Source: Pirellulales bacterium (GTDB lineage Bacteria; Planctomycetota; Planctomycetia; Pirellulales; PALSA-1355). From it: 64,000 nucleotides of DNA. The DNA is taken from NCBI GenBank assembly GCA_963733035.1, contig CAVTBU010000007.1, forward strand, positions 160,001 through 224,000, in the 5' to 3' direction. The position numbers were made by a program, and so were the translations under genes. The notes below the pieces were generated by a model that did no database searches, was not told the origin of the DNA, and was given only the letters and a program-made list of their open reading frames with translations. Every line of letters begins with the position of its first letter. Positions within the stretch are counted from its first letter, which is position 1. Positions 47,472 through 56,315 of this stretch are shown here, in pieces.

Positions 47472-48601
47472 TCAGTCGGTAAAGCGAAACGGTTCGTTGG
47501 TCACTTCGTAGCCGGGACGCAGTCCGATGTTGAGCACCAGTCCCAGCGCCAGCGCGTTGGCAAGCAAACTGGAACCCCCGTAGCTCAACAGTGGCAGGGC
47601 CAGGCCGGTAATCGGCAGCAGACCCACGAGCATCGCGGTGTTGACCAGCACCTGGGTGCCAATGAGTGCCGCAATTCCCACTGCCACCAGCCGTCCAAAT
47701 GGCTCGCGCGTCTGAGCGGCAATCGCCAACGTGCGCCAGGCCAGCAGCGCGAAAAGGCCCAGCATTACGGCCCAGCCAAGCAAACCGAATCGCTCGCCGA
47801 GCACCACGGCGATGGAATCCGTATGCGCTTCGGGTACGAAAAACGCACCGTCGTCGTTCGTTACCGGGCCAGCAAATAGGCTGCCCGTCCAGCCACCCAG
47901 GGCCAATTGTTGTTTGGCCTGATGCAGATGGTAGCCGTCGTCAGTCGGGCGTTCGCCTGGAGCGGTTTGTTCGGCGAGCGCCGTGATGCGAGACTTCTGC
48001 TCTCGGCTCATCTGCGACCATAGCAACGGCAAAATCGCCACGGCCATTGCCAACAGCAGCGCCAGATGTCGCTTCCGTGCGCCGGCGGCGAAGAGCATGG
48101 TGAATAAAACCGGCATGAAGACCAGCGAAGTTCCAAGGTCCGGTTCCTTGAGAATCAACAGGACCGGCACCATGACCAAAGCCAACGGCACACAAAGACC
48201 CCATAGCCGCCGGTAGCTGTCGCGATAGAGCAAATACCGGGCGAGACCCAATACGAACGCCAGTTTGGCGAATTCCGACGGCTGTAGACCCACCGGCCCG
48301 ATGCGGATCCAGCGCCTGCGCCGTTGATCGGCGGAAACCAGAAGACGGCAACCAGCAGCCCTAAACAAGCCAGGAAGGCCGGATAACTCCACCTCATAAG
48401 AAGGCGGTAACTCGGCACGCTCGTCGCGAACATGGACGCCCCACAGAACACCGCCCAACAGAGTTGCCGCAGCAAGTGACGACCGAGTCCGCCGGCAAGT
48501 GTTTCGCTGCGCGCGATCCCCGCGAGCCCGAGCGCAACGAGCGCCGCGCCGACGAGCACGATTTCCCAAGGCATCCGGCGCGTCCAGGCCTGCAGTTGCA
48601 T
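47472..48601 (-). CDS. rodA: SEDS family RodA/FtsW, frameshifted near 48318
   Basis: PINGA/RRWIRIGPVGLQPSEFAK, EPDLGT, PEAHTD, GLLPITGLALPLLSYGGSS. Confidence 0.85.
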
Positions 48602-48913
48602 CTTGGCGGCAGTCTCCTTCGACGCGGATTATAGAGGGCCAGCCGGTAGACGGCCGAGGCCGAAAGGTCCGTACATCCGCGCCAAAACGACCAATGGGCC
48701 GCTATCATTTGTCTGCCTGCAGCGCACGTTAAGAATTCTTAATTCATCCCATATTCGCCACTTGTCTCATTGGCGGCAATCGGAAAAAACTACGCATCTT
48801 TCTTGTATTCCATGCTAGGGTTGGTATGTTTTTGAAGGCTTGAGCCGTGTTAGCCCCCGTTTGGAGGGTAGGGCAAGCCGGTAAGACCCAAGTATTGAGG
48901 GGAGCCAGATATT

Positions 48914-49864
48914 ATGTTTCGCACAGGTTTGAAGACCTTGGCGGTCCTGGTGGCCGTCGGTGTTCTCACTCAGACGGCGCAAGCCGGATGGCGTCATCAC
49001 CACCGCTACGGAAGCAGCGGCGGATCGTGGGGAAGTTGGGGATCCAGCGGCGGCAGTTGGGGTTCCAGCGGTGGTTACTACGGCAGCAGCGGTGGTAGCT
49101 GGGGTTCGAGCGGTGGCTACTACTACGGCTCGAGCGGCGGCAGCTGGGGATCGAGTGGCGGCTATTACTACGGTTCGAGTGGTGGCTCGAGCGGTGGTTC
49201 CAGCGGTGGCTATCACCAGGCCCCCGCGGCTCCTGCCACACCGGCTCCGACCACGCCTCCGACGCCTCCGTCTCCGTCGGATGCCGCCCCCGCTTCGACG
49301 ATGTATCACCCGACCTACGGTCCGCTCCGCAACAGCGCTCTGTTGAGCGTCAAGGTGCCGGCCGATGCCAAGGTGTTCGTCAACGATCGGCCGACCACCA
49401 GCACGGGCGAAGACCGCGATTACATCTCGCGCGATTTGCAGCCGGGAGCTCAGTACAGCTACAAAGTGCGTGCTGAGTTCGTCCGCGACGGCAAGCCCGT
49501 CACCGAGGAGAAGTCGGTGCAGTTGACCGCTGGTCAGACCAGCACGCTCAACTTCAACGGCCAAGCGCAGGTGCAAACCGCCAACAGCGGCGATACGCGC
49601 ACCACGCTTATTATTCGTTTGCCTGCCGATGCCAAGCTGTTCTTGGCCGGCAAGGAAATGAAGGCCACCGGCCCGGTTCGCGAGTTCTCGACGACCAAGT
49701 TGGCCCCGGGTGCCCAGTGGCAGACCTACGCCATTCGCGCCGTGGTCAATCGTAATGGTCATGACGAGGTTCGCGAGCAGAACGTGTCGTTGAAGGCCGG
49801 CCAGTCGCGCGAGCTGTCGATTAATTTCGATGTCCCGCAGGTTGCCGACGCCAGCGCCCGCTAA
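48914..49864 (+). CDS. Secreted protein with a GSSGG-W/Y repeat N-terminus, Pro-rich linker and two TIGR03000-like domains
   Basis: Signal peptide AQA-G; VPADAKVFVNDRPTTSTG...L.PG..YSYKVRAE and LPADAKLFLAG...TGPVREFST..L.PG..W..Y.IRA. Confidence 0.85.
   Translation: MFRTGLKTLAVLVAVGVLTQTAQAGWRHHHRYGSSGGSWGSWGSSGGSWGSSGGYYGSSGGSWGSSGGYYYGSSGGSWGSSGGYYYGSSGGSSGGSSGGYHQAPAAPATPAPTTPPTPPSPSDAAPASTMYHPTYGPLRNSALLSVKVPADAKVFVNDRPTTSTGEDRDYISRDLQPGAQYSYKVRAEFVRDGKPVTEEKSVQLTAGQTSTLNFNGQAQVQTANSGDTRTTLIIRLPADAKLFLAGKEMKATGPVREFSTTKLAPGAQWQTYAIRAVVNRNGHDEVREQNVSLKAGQSRELSINFDVPQVADASAR
49010..49210 (+). repeat. Coding tandem repeat encoding GSSGG(SW/YY) units
   Basis: About 9 units with synonymous codon variation between them. 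Confidence 0.85.
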
Positions 49865-49894
49865 AGCGGTCGACACGTTGCGATCGATTGTTTC

Positions 49895-49936
49895 AGAGCC
49901 TTCTCGCCGGAGTACTCGGCGAGAAGGCTCTTTTTT
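49895..49936 (+). terminator. Strong intrinsic terminator
   Basis: AGAGCCTTCTCGCCG-N7-CGGCGAGAAGGCTCT followed by a T-run. Confidence 0.9.
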
Positions 49937-50141
49937 GTTGTCGCTACCGGAGTGCCATACCTGGGGCTAACGAGCCAGCGTGCTCCACCGCTCTTTGGCG
50001 GCACTCCAAGTGTGCCGCTCCTGCACGAGTTGGCCCGTCCGGGCACACTCGCGTTTCGCATTGTGCGGGGCGTGCCGCTCGTGCGGCGAACTGGCAGCAG
50101 GCTTTTCCCAACAGCTACAATCGACCGATAATCTTCCTATC

Positions 50142-50708
50142 ATGGCCACCGTTCCACCATCCGCCGTGTCCACGCCAATGCCGCGGCCCGCGATACGCGC
50201 CGTGGTGAGCCTGCTGGTCGTATTGCATGTAGCCGCGGTATTTGTCGGCCCCTGGGCGATGCCGCAAACGTCGCGGTTGGCTCTCGGCGTGGGCCGCATT
50301 CTGCAGCCCTATCTCGACGTCCTCTCGCTTGGCAACGGATACCGCTTCTTCGCTCCCGAGCCCGGGCCCAGTCACCTGGTGCGATACGAGATTACGCTCG
50401 ACGACGGTACGTTGAAGCAGGGCTACTTTCCCAACCGTCAAGAGCAATGGCCGCGGCTCTTATACCATCGCTACTTCATGCTCAGCGAATTTGCCAACAC
50501 GCTGGAAAACAGCCCGGCGCGTGATCGCGCCCAAGCGTATGCCACGGCCTATGCGCGGCATCTGGCCGAAAAGAACGACGCTCGCACGGTTAAACTTTTT
50601 CTTCGCCGCCACTATGTGCCGCGTCCCGAGGAAGTGCAGCAGGGCCGCAAATTGACGGACAAGGTGTTGTACGAGGAACGCCCGCTCATTACGTATCAGC
50701 GAGACTGA
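50142..50708 (+). CDS. DUF5819/SdpA-like membrane-anchored protein
   Basis: N-terminal TM with His (LLVVLHVAAV), YLDVLSLGNGYRFFAPEP; 3 nt upstream of the HTTM gene. Confidence 0.6.
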   Translation: MATVPPSAVSTPMPRPAIRAVVSLLVVLHVAAVFVGPWAMPQTSRLALGVGRILQPYLDVLSLGNGYRFFAPEPGPSHLVRYEITLDDGTLKQGYFPNRQEQWPRLLYHRYFMLSEFANTLENSPARDRAQAYATAYARHLAEKNDARTVKLFLRRHYVPRPEEVQQGRKLTDKVLYEERPLITYQRD

Positions 50709-50711
50709 CCG

Positions 50712-51806
50712 GTGACGACCACTGCGATCAACGTCGTGCGCGATTGGGCAGCCGAAGTGCTTGCCAGTTGGAACCGCTTCTGGTTCCAGGCGGTCGACCC
50801 GGCAACGCTGGGAATGATCCGCATCCTGGCCGGGGCCATGTTGTTTTACACGCATCTCGTGTGGAGCATCGATTTGACGGAGTTCGTCGGCCCCGATGGC
50901 TGGCTGCCGGCCGGCGCCGTCGGACTGATTCAGGAAGGCACATATTCCTGGAGCTACTTGTGGTGGATTGAAGACTCGCCGGTGCTGCTGTGGTCTGCGC
51001 ACATCGCCGGACTGGTGATCTTCGCCATGCTCACCGTGGGGCTGTTGACACGCGTGGCATCGATCTTGGCGCTGTTTGTCGCACTGGCGTACGTCCAGCG
51101 GCTCCCCGGTGCACTGTTTGGCCTCGATCAAATCAACGTGATGCTGGCCTTGTATCTGGCCATCGGTCCCTCGGGCGATGCGTTTTCGCTCGATCGCTGG
51201 CTGCGAAGCCGTCGGGCAGGGCACGTGCTGCCCATACGTCATTCGTGGACAGCCAACCTGGCGATCCGGCTGATCCAGATTCACATGTGCGTGATCTATT
51301 TGTTTGCCGGCATGGCCAAGCTGACCGGCGCCGCCTGGTGGGATGGAACGGCCCTGTGGATGGCGTTCGGCAATATGGAATACCAGTCGATGGACATGAC
51401 CTGGATGGCCAGCTATCCGCTCTTGATCGACGTGATGACCCACGTCACGGTCTTCTGGGAGCTGTCGTACGCGGCCCTCGTTTGGCCGCGACTCACGCGA
51501 CCAATTGTCATTTTGCTGGCGATTCCGCTGCATATGGGCATCGCCATCTGCCTCGGCATGATCACCTTCGGACTGGCGATGCTGATCGGTAACCTGGCAT
51601 TCGTCTCGCCGACAATCGTGCGCGCCGTCTGCTTGCGATTGGTTCCGCGACAAGCTCACACGTCGTCCGAGCGTAGTTCCTCTGCGGTGGGCTCCACTGC
51701 CAAGCCGTCTCGAACGGACCTTCGCACGAGCAGCTCACGGCGCGTAGGTTTGCGCGGATTGCCCCGAGCCACTCTGACAGCCAACCGCCTGGGCTGGCGC
51801 CGCTGA
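50712..51806 (+). CDS. HTTM domain membrane protein (SdpB / vitamin K-dependent carboxylase-like)
   Basis: WNRFWF..VDPATLGMIRI, FSLDRW, RLIQIHMCVIYLFAGMAK...WWDG, WEL, LHMGI. Confidence 0.85.
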   Translation: MTTTAINVVRDWAAEVLASWNRFWFQAVDPATLGMIRILAGAMLFYTHLVWSIDLTEFVGPDGWLPAGAVGLIQEGTYSWSYLWWIEDSPVLLWSAHIAGLVIFAMLTVGLLTRVASILALFVALAYVQRLPGALFGLDQINVMLALYLAIGPSGDAFSLDRWLRSRRAGHVLPIRHSWTANLAIRLIQIHMCVIYLFAGMAKLTGAAWWDGTALWMAFGNMEYQSMDMTWMASYPLLIDVMTHVTVFWELSYAALVWPRLTRPIVILLAIPLHMGIAICLGMITFGLAMLIGNLAFVSPTIVRAVCLRLVPRQAHTSSERSSSAVGSTAKPSRTDLRTSSSRRVGLRGLPRATLTANRLGWRR

Positions 51807-51894
51807 CGCCGATACCGTTCTCAATGGTTGAGCACCGGGCAATTCTTACGCTCTGCTCGTTCATCCTGTCAAATTGCTAGTTCATTTATGCAAA

Positions 51895-51926
51895 ATACCC
51901 GTTGGGGGTATGACACCTAGTTGTCA
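51895..51926. promoter_or_regulatory. Two adjacent operator-like palindromes: ATACCC-N5-GGGTAT (CsoR/RcnR-like) and TGACA-N6-TGTCA
   Basis: Perfect inverted repeats at 51895-51911 and 51911-51926, upstream of the Nudix-like gene. Confidence 0.45.
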
Positions 51927-52011
51927 CTACCTTTCGCGACCGAATTGCAAGTCTTCCAACCTGCGTCGATAACTCACAGACCGCTGCTGAATTTCGACTT
52001 TCAGGCAATTT

Positions 52012-52688
52012 ATGAGGTCGCACATCATGTACTCGATGCCACATCGTTACTCCGAGCACGACTTGGAACACTTCGTTGGTCTCCATGCCGATCATCCCTT
52101 ATCCACGACGCAACAACACGTGGCATGGGAAAACAATCTGCTGCGAGTCGAGTGCAATTTGGTGCACCACCTGCAAACGCTCGAGGATCGCCAGGCGGTG
52201 CGAATCATGCCGGCCGCGGAGTCCTACTATGCGGCGGTGGTTGTGCCCGTGGCGTCGGACGACCGATTTCATTTGGTCGGCCGCTATCGCTACGCGGTCG
52301 ATGGCTGGTCGCTTGAGTTTCCGCGGTTCGACCTGGAAACCGGCGACGACGGCTGGAAAGATGCGGCCGGGGTGGATCTGCTTCGCATCGCTGGACTGAA
52401 AGCCGAGCGGTTGGTGCTGCTCGGCGCCCTGCAAATTGACCCCGCGCTGCTTTCGACCTCGGCGGTGGTCGTATTGGCCGAAGGTTGCCGCCCCGCCGCC
52501 TCGACGAAACTCGCAACCGCGACCGGCACCGCGCAAGGCGCTACGCGGAGGAGAATGAGCCCGACGACCTGATTGCCGGGACGCTATCCGCCTCGCCGGC
52601 CGAACTGGCACAGCTCATCCGTGGCGGGCATGTGAGCTGCGGCGTGACGCTCGGGGCGTTATCACTTTATCGGTCGATAGCTCCATAG
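52012..52688 (+). CDS. Nudix-fold (ADP-ribose pyrophosphatase-like) protein with a degenerate Nudix box; frameshift near 52540
   Basis: AWENNLLRV, AAVVVPV, LVGRYRYAVDGWSLEFP; C-terminal ELAQLIRGGHV.CGVTLGAL in the next frame. Confidence 0.65.
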
Positions 52689-53012
52689 CAAAAGCGCGTC
52701 GAAGAAGTGCACCTCGACCGTCTCCTCAGAGTGTTGCTAGCCCCCCAATCGCCAGATTCTAGTCGCCCGCCGCCAATTCGCTAAAATAACTTCTATCGCC
52801 GGACAAAGCGGTCGCCCCGCGAATGGATCTGAGGCGTGGCTTGCGGCACCTCCTAGATCTCCGCGTGAATGCCAGCACACGCAGCTAGGAGACTGCCGCG
52901 CCGCACGCTGCTGCGGGCGTGCTTTGACCGCGACGGGTCGAGGATCCCAGCTGGGCAAGGACCGAAGTGGCAGCTGGTTTATGCGAGCCATTCCAACGAC
53001 ACGGAGGTCGAC

Positions 53013-54233
53013 TTGACAAAAGCACCAACCAGACGATTGCGCTTCGAGTTTCTCGAGCAACGGGAAGTGCTTTCGTCCTACGGCCTTATTGCGCCGATTG
53101 GACCGCAGCCGGGCGTCGCTGCTCCCGCGGGCGCGATCGTGCTGTCGGCATCATCCGGTCGCTCGACGAACCAGGCCATCCTCGACGGCGCACCGGCCAA
53201 CAGTACGTTTTACTTTCAGGCGGGTACCTATACCGACCTTACAATCGACGCTCTGCCCGGAGATCGCTTCATCGGGCAGTATGGCGCCATTCTCACGAGC
53301 ACTTGGCAAACTCACGCCTTTGTCGGAATTAACGGAACTTCCAGCCAGCGCATCACGGTCGAAAACCTGACCATCGACGGGTATCGCCCGCCGTACCAGC
53401 AGTCGGCAATTGCGGCCGATGACTACTGGCGAATCGATCACGTCGAGGTCCGCAATTCGGCGACCGGCGGCGTGCAGATCGGCTCGCATAGCGCGCTCAC
53501 CAACAGCTACGTTCACGACAATGGCCAGCTGGGGGTCGAGGCCTACTCGACCGACGACGGCTGCGAGTCCGTTTTGTTCTTCAATGATCGAGTCAGCCAC
53601 AACAATCCTGCGAATGCCTACGACTTCCAGGTCGAGGCCGGCGGCAGCAAGTTTTGGAACGTGACGGGTTTGACAGTCACCTACTGCGAATTCGACAACA
53701 ACGTCGGCGATGGGATCTGGATGGATGGCAATCTGGCCGGTGGAGGAAACACCGGCGCGATCATCAAAAACAACTGGACCCACGACAATGGCAGATATGG
53801 AATTTTCCAAGAGATCGGCGGCTCGGCCTGCATCACGAATAATCTCGTCGAGAATAACGGCATTACCGGACTCCGAAACCGTGACGGCACCGACGCCCTG
53901 GGCGCTGGCATCGCACTCGATAACTCCGAGTCCGTCTGGATTTACCAGAATGTCATTACCGGCAACTACAACGGCATCTTGCTCGAATCGTACATGCGAT
54001 CCGACACGACTCATCGCATCCGTAACGAGATCATCACGAGGAATGTGGTCACGATGAGCCAGGGTATTACCGGAGTCGTCGGTGACATGAGCCTTCTGGG
54101 TTCCCTTGTGTTCGACTACAACGCCTACGACTTTTCCGGCTCGGCGGCGTTCGCCTGGGCCGAGTCCTGGGGCTACACCTGGCAGCAGTGGCGGACCGCG
54201 GGTTTTGATCTACACGGAACGATAGCAACCTGA
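53013..54233 (+). CDS. Right-handed parallel beta-helix protein with a planctomycete extracellular leader
   Basis: GGAGG + TTG; RRLRFEFLEQREVLS leader; repeated HDN/DGIWMD/GIFQEI beta-helix coils. Confidence 0.85.
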   Translation: MTKAPTRRLRFEFLEQREVLSSYGLIAPIGPQPGVAAPAGAIVLSASSGRSTNQAILDGAPANSTFYFQAGTYTDLTIDALPGDRFIGQYGAILTSTWQTHAFVGINGTSSQRITVENLTIDGYRPPYQQSAIAADDYWRIDHVEVRNSATGGVQIGSHSALTNSYVHDNGQLGVEAYSTDDGCESVLFFNDRVSHNNPANAYDFQVEAGGSKFWNVTGLTVTYCEFDNNVGDGIWMDGNLAGGGNTGAIIKNNWTHDNGRYGIFQEIGGSACITNNLVENNGITGLRNRDGTDALGAGIALDNSESVWIYQNVITGNYNGILLESYMRSDTTHRIRNEIITRNVVTMSQGITGVVGDMSLLGSLVFDYNAYDFSGSAAFAWAESWGYTWQQWRTAGFDLHGTIAT

Positions 54234-54253
54234 CCGTTGAACCTTCTCACGCG

Positions 54254-54281
54254 TTGAATTGTCCTGCGCTCGGCGTATACT
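54254..54281 (+). promoter_or_regulatory. Sigma70 promoter of asd, TTGAAT-N16-TATACT
   Basis: Near-consensus hexamers about 100 nt upstream of asd. Confidence 0.55.
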
Positions 54282-54379
54282 AGCGTTTTGGCCCGGTCCG
54301 AGTGCGGCGGGGCAGGGCTTTCTTGCTTGTTTTGGGGAACTTCCGCCGCGGAAGCGTGCCCCGCTAGGAGACGATTGGC

Positions 54380-55420
54380 GTGTTGGATTCAGTGGCAGTT
54401 GTGGGCGCGACCGGCGCCGTCGGAACCATCATCCTGCAATTGCTTGAAGAGCGGGACTTTCCCTTCAAGCAGATCAAGTTTCTTTCGTCGAGCCGCTCGG
54501 CCGGGAAGAAACTGTGGTTTGCCGGCAAGGAACACACCGTCGAACAGCTAACGCCCGATTCGTTTGTCGGCGTCGATCTGGCCATCGGCAGCACGCCGGA
54601 TGAAACGGCCCGCGACTTCGCCCCCTGGGCCGTCGAGCGCGGCTGCCTCGTCGTCGACGAAAGCGGCTATTGGCGGATGGATCCCAAGGTTCCGCTGGTC
54701 GTCCCTGAGGTGAATCCCGACGCCATCGATACGCACCAGGGCATCATCGCCAGCCCGAACTGCTCGACCACGCAAATGGTTGTCGCGATGAAGCCGCTGC
54801 ACGATGCCGCGCGCATCCGCCGCGTGATCGTCAGTACCTATCAGGCCACAAGCGGAATGGGTCTGGCCGGCAGCAGCGAACTCAACGAGGCAACTCGTGC
54901 CGCGGTGAGCAAGGAGCCGTTTCAGCCGAGCGCCTTCGCCCACAACATTGCCTTCAACCTGATTCCGCAGATTGGCTCGCACAAAGAGCAGGGCTATACT
55001 TCCGAAGAAATGAAGATGGTCTACGAGACCCGCAAGATCTTCAGTGACGAATCGATCCAGGTCTGCCCGACCTGCGTCCGCGTGCCGGTGGCGAACTGCC
55101 ATAGCGAAAGCATCCTGGTCGAAACCGACAAGAAGCTCACGGTGGAGGAAGCGCATAAGCTGTTCGCCGCCACGCCGGGGATTGTCGTCGTCGATGATTT
55201 GGCGGCCAAGAGCTACCCGATGCCCGCCACCTGTGACGGCCGCGACGAAGTCTTCATCGGCCGTATTCGCGAGGATCTCTCCAGCCCCAACGGATTGGCG
55301 TTCTGGTGCGTGAGCGACAACCTCCGCAAGGGAGCCGCAACCAACGCCGTGCAAATTGCGGAGCTGTTGATCCGCCGGGGCGGCAAACTCCGTAAGCCAA
55401 CCGCCGTCGCAAGCAGGTAA
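54380..55420 (+). CDS. asd: Aspartate-semialdehyde dehydrogenase
   Basis: VVGATGAVG, VVPEVNP, SPNCST, TYQATSG, CVRVPV, DNLRKGAATNAVQIAE. Confidence 0.97.
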   Translation: MLDSVAVVGATGAVGTIILQLLEERDFPFKQIKFLSSSRSAGKKLWFAGKEHTVEQLTPDSFVGVDLAIGSTPDETARDFAPWAVERGCLVVDESGYWRMDPKVPLVVPEVNPDAIDTHQGIIASPNCSTTQMVVAMKPLHDAARIRRVIVSTYQATSGMGLAGSSELNEATRAAVSKEPFQPSAFAHNIAFNLIPQIGSHKEQGYTSEEMKMVYETRKIFSDESIQVCPTCVRVPVANCHSESILVETDKKLTVEEAHKLFAATPGIVVVDDLAAKSYPMPATCDGRDEVFIGRIREDLSSPNGLAFWCVSDNLRKGAATNAVQIAELLIRRGGKLRKPTAVASR

Positions 55421-55504
55421 ACGGACGGATGACATGTCCACCGGTGACATCCGCTCTTTCTTTTTCTTTGGGTTGGATCCTGCCTTCAGTTTAGGTCAGT
55501 GGCC

Positions 55505-56281
55505 ATGCGGACGTTTCGGTTGACGCTGGCCTATGACGGCACGCTGTATTCGGGATGGCAGGTGCAGCCCGGACGGGTGACGCTGCAAGGGACGCTGGAA
55601 GCGGCCTTGGCCAAGGTCACGCAAGAGGACATTCGCGCCACGGCTAGCGGTCGGACCGACGCCGGGGTGCACGCCCTGGGCCAGGTAGTGAGTTTTCGCG
55701 GCGAAACGGCGCTGGATCCGGACGTCCTGCAAAAGGCGCTGAACGCCGAGCTTCCGCAAGACATGGTCGTACTCGACGCGGCCGTGGCCCAAGACGACTT
55801 TCATGCCATTGCCAGCGCCGTCCGCAAGCGCTATCGCTACTTACTATTCGACGGGCCGGTGCGCGACGTCTTCGCCCGGCACTACTCCTGGTATATGCAC
55901 ACCAGGCTCGACGTCGCGGCGATGCACCGAGCTGCCCAGACGCTGGTTGGCAAGCACGACTTTTCCAGCTTCGAAACCTCGGGGTCCGAGCGCGAGTCAA
56001 GCGTTCGGACCGTTTTCGAGGTGACGCTCCGGCGAGGGCAGGGTGGCTCCACGCCGGTTTTCCCAGCGACCAGGGCTGCTGGTGACTTCGTAACCCTGGA
56101 AATCGAAGCCGACGGGTTCCTCTACAACATGGTCCGCGCCATCGTTGGTACGCTGGTAGAAGTGGGGCAGCAAAAGCGCGACGAGGCTTGGCTGGCCGAG
56201 GTGTTGTCGGCCTGCGATCGTCGTGCCGGCGGACGCACCGCGCCGCCCCAAGGCTTGTTTCTTGTCCGCGTCGATTACTGA
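55505..56281 (+). CDS. truA: tRNA pseudouridine(38-40) synthase
   Basis: YDGT.YSGWQ, SGRTDAGVHA, GKHDFSSF, FLYNMVR, TAPPQGL. Confidence 0.97.
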   Translation: MRTFRLTLAYDGTLYSGWQVQPGRVTLQGTLEAALAKVTQEDIRATASGRTDAGVHALGQVVSFRGETALDPDVLQKALNAELPQDMVVLDAAVAQDDFHAIASAVRKRYRYLLFDGPVRDVFARHYSWYMHTRLDVAAMHRAAQTLVGKHDFSSFETSGSERESSVRTVFEVTLRRGQGGSTPVFPATRAAGDFVTLEIEADGFLYNMVRAIVGTLVEVGQQKRDEAWLAEVLSACDRRAGGRTAPPQGLFLVRVDY

Positions 56282-56315
56282 CGCCATCGCTCGCTCGGCT
56301 CGCAACCAATCATCG

